Source: the human T2T-CHM13v2.0 reference genome, Homo sapiens
Length of the DNA: 64,000 nucleotides
Assembly (NCBI RefSeq): GCF_009914755.1
Contig: NC_060925.1
Strand: one strand, 5' to 3'
In this document: positions 1-14,458 of the stretch, in pieces
Layout of the letters: every line of letters starts with the position of its first letter
Position numbering within the stretch: the first letter of the stretch is position 1
The notes under the pieces: generated by a model
Told to the model about the DNA's origin: nothing
Seen by the model: only the letters and a program-made list of their open reading frames with translations
The model's database searches: none
Translations under genes and position numbers: made by a program

Positions 1-613
1 AAACATGCATGTGTTTTGAACCAGCACCCTCACTTCTAGGGGAAGAAAATAAGTATGCAAAAGTGATTTACTGTGAGGCTTACGAGAGCAAAAAATTGAG
101 AATAACCCAAATGTTCCTCATGGGGGATTAAATACATTATAGTACATCCTTGCAATGGAATACTATGCAGCCATTAACAGCAATGAGGCAAAAGAGACAT
201 GAAACAGTGTTATAGTTTATAAGGTTTTAAAAGGAGGAAATAAAATAGGATATATGGTTTTATTTTCATTTAAAAAAAATATATATCTGTTTAAAGGCAC
301 AGAAAAAAGTTCAGAGGTATACTTACACCAAGGCATTAAAAGTGGTTATTTGGGGCATCAGAATTTTGGTTGATTTAAATTTCTTTTCTGCTTATTTTGT
401 ATTTTCATATGACATGAGGAATGTTAATATGCATAACATGTACTCCTCACAAAAGAGTAGTAAAGCTAAAAAGAGAAAGCAGTGCCAGGTAGACAAAATG
501 TCTCTTTCAACACTGGCTGACCCTGGATATTATACTGGTAACAAGATGATAGACTCTGTGTTCTACCATGTTCCTGCTGTGACAGCTGCATGGCATAAAG
601 AGACAGAGATGCT

Positions 614-847
<234 letters not shown>

Positions 848-1125
848 TCAGGGCTCTCTAGTTTAGGCTGACCCACTCCAGCCCAAGCCCTCCCATTAAA
901 CACCCCCACCACTCCTAACGCACATTCCCAAAACTAGCGGCATTCATCTCTAGCCTCCTGGAGAAAGCAGGACCAGGAAATTAGAAGCCTCTTGAACAAC
1001 AGCAGCAGTGGCAACAGTTGCCCCTCTCAGAGGACAAGAAAGAAACGGGAATGACCCAGCCAAATAGGGCAGTGGCTAGAGTGGATAGATTTTAGAAAAA
1101 AAAATCTCCCTGATCCTTCTCCTTT

Positions 1126-1445
1126 CCTTTTTTTTTTTTTTTTTTTGAGGCAGAGGCTTGCTCTGTCACCCAGGCTGGAGTGCAATGGCGTGATCTCCTG
1201 CCAGCCTTCTGAGTAGCTGGGCTACTGGGTTCTGGGTACTGGCTTCAAGCGATTCTCCTGCCTCAGCCTCCTGAGTAGCTGGGATTACAGGCGCGCACCA
1301 CCACGCCCGGCTAATGTTTGTATTTTTAGTAGAGACGGGGTTTCATCATGTTGGTCAGGCTGGTCTTGAACTCCTGACCTTGTGATCCGCCCGCCTCGGC
1401 CTCCCAAAGTGCTGGGATTACAGGCATGAGCCACCGTGTCTGGCC
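1126..1445 (-). mobile_element. Alu with TSD ccttctccttt and an internal rearrangement
   Basis: Alu consensus, poly-T, TSD. Confidence 0.9.
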
Positions 1446-1967
1446 CCTTCTCCTTTCTTAATCCTACATCTACTAAGATTAAGATGGAGGGAAGGACTAG
1501 CCCAGGGGCTGTTGGTTGGAGGTATGGGAAAGATCTGAAAATGGGAGAAGCTCCAGAGATGGAAGCAAGCCTGGTAGCAGTGGCAGCAATGGTAACAGAT
1601 GCCAGGGCATATAGAAGAGCCTGAAGATATCTGGCCTTTGAAGCAACAGCTGTCTTTGTACATCAGCAGTTCCTGTGGGCAGAGCTACTTGAGGGGGACT
1701 CCCTAGGGAAATTCTCTGCCTTCCTGTTCAAGGTTCTCCAGCTTCCCTGCTCTCTACACCAATCTGCCAGACACATGCATCAAATGGCAGCTGCTCCTCC
1801 ATCCCCTCATCCTAGGAGTGGATGTGTGGAGGAAGGAGCAGAGGCGCTGAGCTTGCAATATATCTTCACAAGGCAATACTATGCAGCCATTAGAATTGAG
1901 GAGGTAGAAGGTACACTTAACATGTGATAATGTTCTAGCACATTAAGTTTAAAAAGTACCTGTGCTA

Positions 1968-2618
<651 letters not shown>

Positions 2619-3676
2619 CTAGGGGTGGCAAGGAATGCCTGTTAGCCTCATTGTTCAACAAGGATGAGCTCCCCAGATGCTCCATGGCATATCTATGCCT
2701 GTGCCCTCAACTTCCCAGAGAAAAGAACTACTACTCTAGGTCAGGTCCAGGGCTGAGGTCAGCCTGAAGAGGAGAGGGCTGCCCTGTGGCGCTGAGCTTT
2801 GGAATCAGGAAACAGGCTCCATGCTCCAAGTGGTACAGAGATTGATCTTCTCACTAGACCTCTCAAGAGATTACAACCCAGCCCCAAATCCCAGGAGGAG
2901 GGGGCTGGGCTTGGCTCCCTAGTGCCAAGGCCTGGGGAATTCCACAGTTTCCTTCTTTGTGTCTGGCCTGGTTTCTCTTAAGGCTGCTGTACAGGGAATA
3001 TTTGGAGGTGAGGCAGAGTTAGGTGGGCTCAAAGTGACTCTTCTTGTCAAGGCAGGCCCTCCCCTGAGCCAAATGACAACTTCATCCTTACTTTCGGGGA
3101 TACTTTTTCCTGTTCCCACTCCTCAGCTCTACCTCCCCTCCTCAGCTCTGCTGGGAAGCAGCTCTAAGCTGTCTGTCTCTGGGGATTTATCCAGGCCTTG
3201 GAGAGAGATGCCAGCAGAGGTCTACAAGTCTGGCTCTTTTGAGGGACTGGGGAGATTGGTGAACAGGATATGAAAGCTTTCCCATGAGTCTGGAACTAGA
3301 CAGAAGGCTGAAAGACGACTTCAGGGCATCCCTCTCAGGCTTCCGAGAGAGGCTTCCCTCTCTGGGTTCCGAGTTAGGAGTGTCTAGCTTGTGTCCTGCT
3401 TCCTGACTAGATGTGCAATCTTTAGCAGATATACTTGCCCTTCAGGGCGGGCTTCCTTCCCTGCAAAGCCAGGATTACTACACCCCAACCCCACGAACCT
3501 CCCAAAAACTGAAGCAAACGGCGAAAAGAGGGAAGAGAGCGGGAAGTGAGCTCATTTTCCCACCGCATCATCCTCCCCCAGGGTCCGGGGGGGTGGGAGG
3601 GACCTCCTAAGGCTCTAGATTTGCCTGGGGCCACCAATATTCTGCAGGAAGGGGAGGTTCTGTCCCCTTCCGTCTA

Positions 3677-4130
<454 letters not shown>

Positions 4131-4676
4131 GCCCCCATCTTACAGGTGGGGACACTTGAGGACCACTGGCTGGTAACTGACTAAACAGGCACCTTTGGAT
4201 TCAGGGAGTGTTTCCCAGCCAATACGGAGTGCTGGCAGACACGGGTGGGTGTCTGGGTGCGGTTCAGCTACCATCAAAAGACCCCGGGCTTCGTTCCTGC
4301 CTGTGCCACACTAGCTGTGGGATCTGAGCTGTCACCCACCCCAAAGGGCCTCAGTATCTGCATCTGTATATGGGGATAACTCAGTTCTCCAGAGTTTGTA
4401 ACAGGCCTAGCACAGTGCCTGCACATGTAAGAGCTCAGAAAGTTATTTGTAAATTAGTAAATTAATTTATAAAATTGTAATAAATCAATAACCATTAATT
4501 ATTAAATAAGTCTCTTTGCCTGAGATATCTTTTCCCTCTAATTTATCTCGGCTGACAATGAAATGTGAAAGGTGTTTGAAAATTCAGATACTTGCATGGA
4601 TAGAGAGGCTTTCACTGAACCAAGCCCTACAGTCCACTCCTGGCCCATTTGCTCTTACCTGGAAATCTGTCTAAAG

Positions 4677-5005
4677 CTGGGATGGGCAAACCATGGGCCA
4701 AATTTGGCCAGATGTCTGATTTTTTTCCATGCTTCTCCCCTTCCCCCAAGCTAATAATGTTTGTTTACATTTTTTATGATAAAAACATTTTTTAAAGAAG
4801 CTTGTGTGACATAGGAAAATTATATGAAATTCATATTTCAGTGTTCATGAATAAGTTTTATTTAAAAACAGCCACACTTATCTGCATATTGTCTATGGCT
4901 GCTTTTGCACTGCAACTGCAGAATTGAGTAGTTGTGACAGTATGGCCTGCAAAGCTGAAAATATTTACTATCTGGCTCTTTATTTAAAAAGTTTGCTAAG
5001 CCCTG
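4677..5005 (+). mobile_element. MER58B-like hAT-Charlie MITE
   Basis: Termini ctgggatgggcaaac...gtttgctaagccctg; MER58-type body (gcaaagctgaaaatatttactatctggctc). Confidence 0.8.
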
Positions 5006-5071
5006 GTATATTGGGCCAGAAAGGCCCCAAGCAGGGGTCTCAAATCCCCCTGCTGCTTCCATTTATAGTTA

Positions 5072-5392
<321 letters not shown>

Positions 5393-5774
5393 CTATCTTT
5401 TCCACCTACTCACAACCTTGCAGGGGTAAGTAGCTGGTTGGCTAGAAGACTGAAATGTTCCACTTGCTTCTAAAGGCCAAGCTGTTTCAACATCCAGGTT
5501 GTGCTGTTACATTATAAACTGGGCTTCTCATTACCTGCAGTCTTTGTCACTAGTCCAAATTTAATGAAATAACTAAATTTTCTACCCTAGATTATAATTA
5601 TACATAATTATTTATAACAATCATAATTATTAAATTCCTCAACAAAAAGGGAAAAATTATTAAAACATTTAATCACTGAAAACACAAATCCACATTAGGA
5701 AATTATCTTTTAGGATACTTATACAAAACTTAACACAGGATTATTGACTTCACTGTTAAGCAATGTGCATATTG

Positions 5775-7606
5775 CTACTCTTTCTCCTTCACTAATTTTT
5801 CTATCCTTGGAATTAAAGATGTGACTGCAAGTCTTAGGGCAGGGCCAGAACCCAACAGATTTTTTTGTTTTGACTCAGTCAAAGCTGAAAAGGCAGCATC
5901 ACATAAATAAACAGTTGAAAAGGGTAATAAAAATTTCATTGCCCTTTCATGGAGTTCTGGGTAACTTGTCTTTGCATTTATCCAAAACTGAGTTACAGAC
6001 ACTGATTTAAATAGTGCTTGTAATCCTAAATCTGAAGATAGCTCTGTTAGCTTTTCTTCTTCGAAGTCGGTGAGATTATTATTTTGGTGATTCATAAAAG
6101 GGTGAATTATCCACAAATTTCCTGAACGCAAGTCTTGTTCTGGTGGAAAACAGTCACTGAACACTTGAGAAAGTCCTTCCAGGTGCTCAAAAATAATCCT
6201 TGTGATGTCTGTCATATTTAAGCCTGATGAATTTGAGAATTCAGAAAATGAAGGGAACATGTCATAATCATTCTCTTGTGTGCGCTTCAACCACATTTTT
6301 AACTTTCTCTTAAATACATCAATTTTATTACACAAATTGAAGAAAGTAGTCAAAGTTCCTTGGAGACTTAAATTTAATTCATTTATAAGTGAAAATATAT
6401 CTGATAAGTAGGCCAGCTTTCCAACCCATTCCTCATCATGAAAATACTTGGCCAAATCTGAATGCTTTTGACTTAAAAATATTTCAATCTCATGTCGTAA
6501 TTCAAATAATCTTTTTAACATTCTCCCTCTTGATATCCAACGTACTTCAGCATGAAGCGGTAAACTCACATGCTCAGATCCCATCTCTTCACACAAAATT
6601 GTTAACATACGTGAATTTAATGCATTGCTCTTTATAAAACTTAAAATTTGTGCTGACTGCAAAAGAATTTTATGTAAACATGGAGACAACTTTTCTGCCA
6701 CTAAACGTTCACGGTGAATAAAACAATGTGTAAATGCCGCTGTATTCATGGCAACTTCTTGAATTTTTGCTTTTAAACCAGAATACCTGCCAGTCATGCT
6801 TGCAGCCCCATCGGTACAGAGACCAACACAATGTTTCCAATTCAGAGATTTACTATCAATATATTTATTTATTAGTTCAAATATTTCAAAGCCAGTTATT
6901 TGAGTAGGCATTTCAATGCAAAATAATAATTCTTCTTTTACATCACGACAATCATAATCAATGAAACGAATATAGCACAAAAGAAGTGTGATATTTGAGA
7001 TTTCTGATGACTCATCTATCTGAAGGGCAAACCACTTTGACTCTCTGACCTTTTGAATCAGCTGGTCTTCAATGTCTGCAGATAGTTCATCAATCCTGTG
7101 TTGAATTGTAACATTAGAAAGTGGAATAGTTTTCATTTTGTCTCCAGCACTTGAACCCAAAACTTCTGAACACATTTCTACTAAATATGGTTTAATTAAT
7201 TCTTCAGCAATGGAGAATGGCTTCTTGCTTGCAGCAGTTTGGAAAGCAATTAAATAAGAAGCTTTCACAAGTGACTTTTCAACTAGTAAACACTTTTTTA
7301 AAGAACTATTTTGACATTCCATTTCTAAAGATTTTTGTTCAAAAAAATCTACTGGTTTGTTTTCTAATTCTGAATGTTTTGTCTTCAAATGATGAGAAAG
7401 ATTTGCTGGCTTCATGTTTTCACTGGATAAGATCTCTCCACAAATGACACACTGTGGCCTTGGTGAACTTTCTTTTGATCCAGGACAGATAATAAAACCA
7501 ACTTTTAAATATTCTGTATCATAAGTCTGGAAAAAACCTAATCTTTTTTTCTTTGAAGGTGGAGAATCAAGTTCTGCATCATTTTTTTCATTAGGCATAG
7601 GTAAAT
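5775..7606 (-). CDS. ZMYM6: ZMYM6 last coding exon (exon 16): domesticated hAT/Buster transposase (BED finger, RNase-H-like core, hAT C-terminal region)
   Basis: Acceptor TTCAG|AT, phase 1. Contains NLS-like PPSKKKRL, BED finger CVIC...HLKTKH, FALQIDES, CTDGA, HCFIH, EVRW and PFSTVYLC motifs; TAG at 5775-5777. Confidence 0.96.
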
Positions 7607-8410
7607 CTGAATGAAATATTTGAATCACTGTTATTTTCAAGAACAAATAAGCAATGTTCTTTATGTATCTCCCCACATATTTAAAATTCATATTTTGTTA
7701 CTATTTCTATTTATCAAAAGAATGCACTGGTAAAAGTTTAAGCACAAGTCATAATACTTCCAATGATGCTACTGAAAACTGAATTTCTCCTTTGCCCAAA
7801 GCTTGATCACTAGGTATAATAAAACTGTAGGATGTGGTACATGTACAAGTAATCCCAAGCACCCAATAGGTTATTGAAATTAGGGCTGAAGACCATGATA
7901 CACATCAAATTAACAATAAACTTTTTGGCTGAGCAGGGTGGCTCACACCTATAATCCCAGTGCTTTGGGACACCAAGGTGGGTGGGTCACTTGAGCCCTG
8001 GAGTTAGAGACCAGCCCGGGCAACATGGCGAAACTCCATCTCTACATTAAAAAAAAAAAAAGAAGAAGAAAAAAAATTGGCTGGATGCAATGGCACACAC
8101 CTATAGTCCCAGCTACTTGGGTAGCTAAAGCAAGAGGATTGCCTGAGCCCAGGAGGTTGAGCCTGCAGAGAGCCATGATCACACCACTGCACTCTTGAGA
8201 CTACGTCTCAAAAAAAAACAAAAAGAATAAATTTTTTATTGGTGAGTGACACTGGTGTCAAAAAATTTTTTTAAAGAAAAAGAAAAAAAAGGCCAGGCAT
8301 GGGGCTCACACCTGTAATCCCAGCACTTTGGGAGGCCAAGGCGGGCAGATCACCTGAGGTCAGGAGTTCGAGACCAGCCAGGCCAACGTGGTGAAACCCC
8401 GTCTCTACTA

Positions 8411-8569
<159 letters not shown>

Positions 8570-9047
8570 TCAAAAAAAAGAAAGAAAAGGAAGAAAAAGA
8601 GACAGAAAAATAATGTTTTACTTTCAAACAATCCAGAAAAAAAAAGAAAATAAATATTGCAAAAAGTTAACATTTCATTAATCTGGATGAAGAGTATACT
8701 AGTATTGACTGTACTGTATATTCAACCTTTCTGAATTTTGATACTCAGTGTCAGTGAGGTTGTAGAGAAATGGATCCTCCTGAACACTGCTGGTTGGAGC
8801 ATACATTGATGTAACTTTTCAGGAGGGCAATTTAGGCAACAGGTATCAAAATACTTAAGAATAGATGATAGGCCGGCGCGGTGGCTCACGCTTGTAATCC
8901 CAGCACTTTGGGAGGCTGAGGCGGGCACATCATGAGGTCACGAGTTTGAGACCAGCGTTGCCAACACTGTGAAATCCCGTCTCTACTAAAAATACAAAAG
9001 AAAATTAGCTGGGCATGGTGGCAGGTGCCTGTAATCCCAGCTACTCA

Positions 9048-9194
<147 letters not shown>

Positions 9195-9441
9195 TCAACA
9201 CTTCCACTGATTAGGATTTATCCTAAGGACATAATTAGGCAAGTGGACAAAGATCCATTAACATAGCTTAACCCAACATTGCTTATAATACAAATATCTA
9301 AATTTCCAATCTTAACGGAGTTGGTTATATTATATACACTGAAATCTATGTTAAGAATCTCATACCCAGGTAACAAATCTGCACATGTACCCCCGAATAA
9401 AATAAAATAAACATAATAAAATAAAAATTGGAAAAAAATAA

Positions 9442-9829
<388 letters not shown>

Positions 9830-10334
9830 TGACCAACAATTCAATATTTAATCTAGAACTCAAAACATAAGCACACACACACACACAAACATACACACAC
9901 ACATACACACATATAGATGCCCACAGATCCTTTAGTACTCTCCATGTGTGAACGTGTATATAATATAAATTCAGGTACAAATAATATATTGTTTTAATAG
10001 GAATATAAAATAAATTTCCTGAGGAAGGAAAACAGGATTCTGCTTGACTTCTACCAAAATAAAGGTACCCTACATAAAAACTTACTACTTGTTGACAGAC
10101 TAAGCTTTTAAATATAGTGTATTCTATGAAGTAAAATTATTATTAAAAACAAAAATCAGGCCAGGGGCGGTGGCTCATGCCTGTAATCCCAGCACTTTGG
10201 GAGGCCGAGGCAGGCAGATCACCTGAGGTCAGGAGTTCAAAACCAGCCTGGTCAAAGTGATGAAACCCCGTCTCTACTAAAAATACAAAAATTAGCCGGG
10301 CATGGTGGCAGGCACCTGTAATCCCAGCTGCTCA

Positions 10335-10439
<105 letters not shown>

Positions 10440-10904
10440 TCAAAAAAAACAAACAAACAAACAAAAAAAAACCCAGTGCTTTAGGCACAGTAGACTATTA
10501 AAGCAATTGAAAATCTAAGGGTAGTGGGATTAAAAGTAATACTTCACAACTTTTTCAAGTAAAGCTCAAACAATTTTCATCGTCACCAATACCTCAGATA
10601 AATTAATTGTACTGTTAGCAACTGACAACTGAATTCGCAGTATTTAAAAAAAAAAACAGGTTAAATCACTAATGCTTTTAACTAAAACTGTATGTTAGTA
10701 ATTATAATAGCTTGTTATGATAGCTGGTTATTAGTGTTAATAATTATGAAAGCAATAAATTAAGTATTCAAAGCATGTGATCCAAGAAAAGGAATGTTTT
10801 CACATTTAAGACTCTGTCAATTATTTTCTTTTCCTTTCTTAAAAAACAAAAACAAACAAGCCAGAAAACAAGCTTTGTACATGGGAACGCACAAGGATAC
10901 ATAC

Positions 10905-11058
10905 CTGTCTGACATTCTTTGTGCTGTGTATGTGGTTTGCAAGAAGTGGCCTTGGTCTGTGTGACGGGTTTGCATGATATGCCTTTGTTCTTTAAAAGCC
11001 TGGAAGGCTGGGAAGATTGGGAAGATGGAAATTTCATAGCATCTTCCTGTGTACTTTC
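10905..11058 (-). CDS. ZMYM6: ZMYM6 exon 15 (ESTQEDAMKF...KPHTQHKECQT)
   Basis: CTAG|GAA acceptor, G|GTATG donor, 154 nt; ZMYM-family KNK...CKP...TKAT.CKPH motif. Confidence 0.93.
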
Positions 11059-11269
11059 CTAGTTAAAAGCAAATTCAGAAACCAAAGAAAGATTTTTTTT
11101 AGTACCTTATCACTGACTATAATTGCTATCAATTGAAAGTTCATATACATCAAGAGAAATATAATTCCTCTGAAAGAGTGGTTGCAATAAAAAAGTCACC
11201 TTGGAAAATACACACAGATTCCTACTTCTCCCAATCAGTATTAGTTTAATTTACTGATTTTAAAAAACA

Positions 11270-11560
11270 TTTATAAATATAAATATAAAAATATATTTAT
11301 AAACTATAAATATAAAAATATATTTATAAACTATAAATATAAAAATATATTTGTAAATATAAAAATAAAAATATACTTATAAACTATAAAAATAAAAATA
11401 TACTTATAAACTATAAATATAAAAATATACTTATAAACTATAAATATAAAAATATACTTATAAACTATAAATATAAAAATATACTTATAAACTATAAATA
11501 TAAAAATATACTTATAAACTATAAATATAAAAATATATTTATAAACTATAAATATAAAAA
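11270..11560. repeat. 27-bp AT-rich tandem repeat (ttataaactataaatataaaaatatay), about 11 units
   Basis: Periodicity visible directly; appears as 9-aa KYIFIFIVY repeats in the ORF track. Confidence 0.93.
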
Positions 11561-11802
11561 TTATACATATAATATATATTTTTAAAATAAGTATGATCAA
11601 AACAATGAAAACAATTGTTAATCTTGCTGATTAGGACAACTGGCTACTCAGAAAAATTAGATCCAACCTCAGACCATACACAAAAATATATTCCACATCA
11701 ATTAAAGATCTCAGGGAAAAAAAAAGAACTAAAGTCACTAGAGAACTTTCAAATAAACAGATCACAAAGTATTCTTTTCTTTTTTCTTTTTTTTTTTTTT
11801 GA

Positions 11803-11962
<160 letters not shown>

Positions 11963-12173
11963 TAGTAGAGATGGTGTTTCACCATGTTGGCCAGGCTGGT
12001 CTCAAACTCCTGACCTCGTGATCCGCCCACCTCGGCCTCCCAAAGTGCTGGGATTACAGGCGTGAGCCACCACTCCCAGCTGGGATCACAAAGTATTCTT
12101 AAATAAAACACAAAAGAGTAAATCAAAGTAGAAAAGACTGATACATTTGACTACCTCAAAATTTAAAACTGCT

Positions 12174-12333
12174 CAGATGATCCAGGATAATCTCCCTATT
12201 TTAAGGTTAGCTGATTAGGAACCCTAATGCCACTTGCTACCTTAATTCACCTTTGCCATGTAATGTAACATATTCACAGATTCTGTGGACAAGGACATGG
12301 ACATCTTTGGGGGGCTACTATTCTGCCTATCAT
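12174..12333 (-). mobile_element. MLT1 (MaLR) LTR fragment
   Basis: tccaggataatctccctattttaagg...ggacatctttgggggg...ctgcctatcata resembles the MLT1D/E 5' end. Confidence 0.65.
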
Positions 12334-12354
12334 AATAAAGCTCTTAAAAAGTAA

Positions 12355-12561
<207 letters not shown>

Positions 12562-12769
12562 TAGCCAGGATGGTCTCAATCTCCTGACCTCGTGATCCAC
12601 CCACCTTGGCCTCCCAAAGTGCTGGGACTACAGGCGTAAGCCACCGTGCCCGGCCAAAAAGTAAAGTTTTTTAATCCAAAAAAAAAAAAAACTTCTGTAA
12701 ACAAAGGTCTTTATAAAACAAAGTTATAGGGCAAACAACAGAGTGGAGGAATGTACTTAAAACATGTGT

Positions 12770-13300
12770 ATTCACTCAATATTTATTTCCTGAATGTTTA
12801 CTACAAGCCAGGCACTGTTCTAAGCCGTGGAGATACCGCAGAAAACAAGACAAAGTTCTGCTCATATGAGCCTTACATTCTAGAGGAAGACACAAAAAAT
12901 AAACAAGTAAAACAAATAATATATAATTCTAGGTAGTGATAAGTGCGATGAAGAAAATAAAGCAGCGTACAGGAATGGAGAGTGATGGCATGGAGGAGGG
13001 GCAATTCTGAAGTAAACATCTGAGCAGAGACCTTTTGAATTATTCAAAAGAGTAAGCCATGCAAAGGTCTAAGGTCTGAAGAGTCCAGGCAGGCAGACTA
13101 TAGGTGCAAAAACCCTGAAGTGGGAGAAAGCTTGGCATGCTTTAGGAACATCAACAAGAACAAGGCTGAAAGACAGTAAGCAAGGGGAGAATGATACATT
13201 TGGAGAGGTAGGCAGAAACTAAATTGTATAGGATCTGGAAGGTCTCAGTCAAAAACAAAATTAGGATTGTATTTTAAATGTGATGGGAAGCCATTGGAGG
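12770..13300 (-). mobile_element. L2 LINE 3' fragment
   Basis: attcactcaatatttatt...gccaggcactgttctaag and gatgggaagccattggagg are L2 signatures. Confidence 0.65.
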
Positions 13301-13370
13301 TTATATTTAAATTTAATTTAAACAAAAGTAATACATGAACTCAGTGCAAAATTCAAAATGTACAGAAGTA

Positions 13371-13415
13371 TTGCGTTGGTACAAAAATAATTGTGGTTTT
13401 TGCAATTAAAGTAAT
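13371..13415. mobile_element. Half MADE1 / Hsmar1 TIR remnant
   Basis: TA followed by ttgcgttggtacaaaaataattgtggtttttgcaatta, close to the Hsmar1 TIR ttaggttggtgcaaaagtaattgcggtttttgccatta. Confidence 0.7.
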
Positions 13416-13483
13416 ATACACATGAATGACTGCCGTCCACCCAGACTCAACCTTGAACACAACCACTGTTCCCAGTTTCTTAT

Positions 13484-14458
13484 ACAGTTGTTCCCCCTTA
13501 TCTGCCGGGAATATGTTCCAAGACCCCCAGTGGTTGCCTGAAACCATGGATCATACCGAAGCCTATACACACATGTATATATGTGTGTATATATAGACAT
13601 ATATATATATATGTATACATATATCCATAATATATCATAATATGGATATATACATATCTATATGTATATATGTATACATATATACTTACATACGTATATA
13701 TATGTAATATATATACTTACATACGTATATATATGTAATATATATACTTACATACGTATATATGTATGTATATACGTAAGTATATATGTATACATATACA
13801 TATATACACACACACACATACACACACACATATGTATGTGTGTATATATATATATAATTCCAGGTAGTGGTAAGTGCTAAGTGCTCTCTCTCTATATATA
13901 TACATATGTATATATGTATATAGGGTTTGGTATGATTCATGGTTTCAGGCAACCACTGTGTTGCCTGAAATATGTCTACAGGATTGTATACACATATACA
14001 ATATATGTATATACGTTGTATATGTATATATGTTGCCTCTATGTATATAGGGTTCTATATATATATACACACACACACACAATGTTTTTTCTATACATAT
14101 ATACCTATGATAAAGTTTTATTTATAAATTAGGCATAAGAGGTTAACAGTAACTACTAAATAGAACAATTATAACAATATACTATAATAAAAATTATGTG
14201 AAGGTACTCTCTCTCAAAATATCTTAATGTGCTGTACTCATCCTTCTTCTTGTGACCTGATAACTGAGATGGCTACTGACTAGTGATGGGTAGTACACAC
14301 AGTGTGGATATGCTAGACAGAGATGATTTACATCCCAGGCAGAATGGCATGAGATTTCATCGTGCTACTCAGAATGGCACACAATTTAAAACTTACGAAT
14401 TGTTTATTTCCGGAATTTTCCATTTAATATTTTCAAGCCACAGATAAGTGGCACTACT
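13484..14458 (-). mobile_element. MER44B-like Tigger MITE interrupted by a (TA/CA)n expansion
   Basis: Termini cagttgttccccctta...gataagtggcactacta; MER44 body atacctatgataaagttt...ttataaattaggc. Confidence 0.8.
13565..14105. repeat. Complex (TA)n/(CA)n/(TG)n microsatellite
   Basis: Directly visible dinucleotide-rich low-complexity tract. Confidence 0.9.

Noticed and set aside
5519-7896. Possible residual TIRs of the Buster element (ctgggcttctca near 5519; ggctgaagaccatg near 7883)
   Set aside because: Weak resemblance, poor mutual complementarity and no 8-bp TSD
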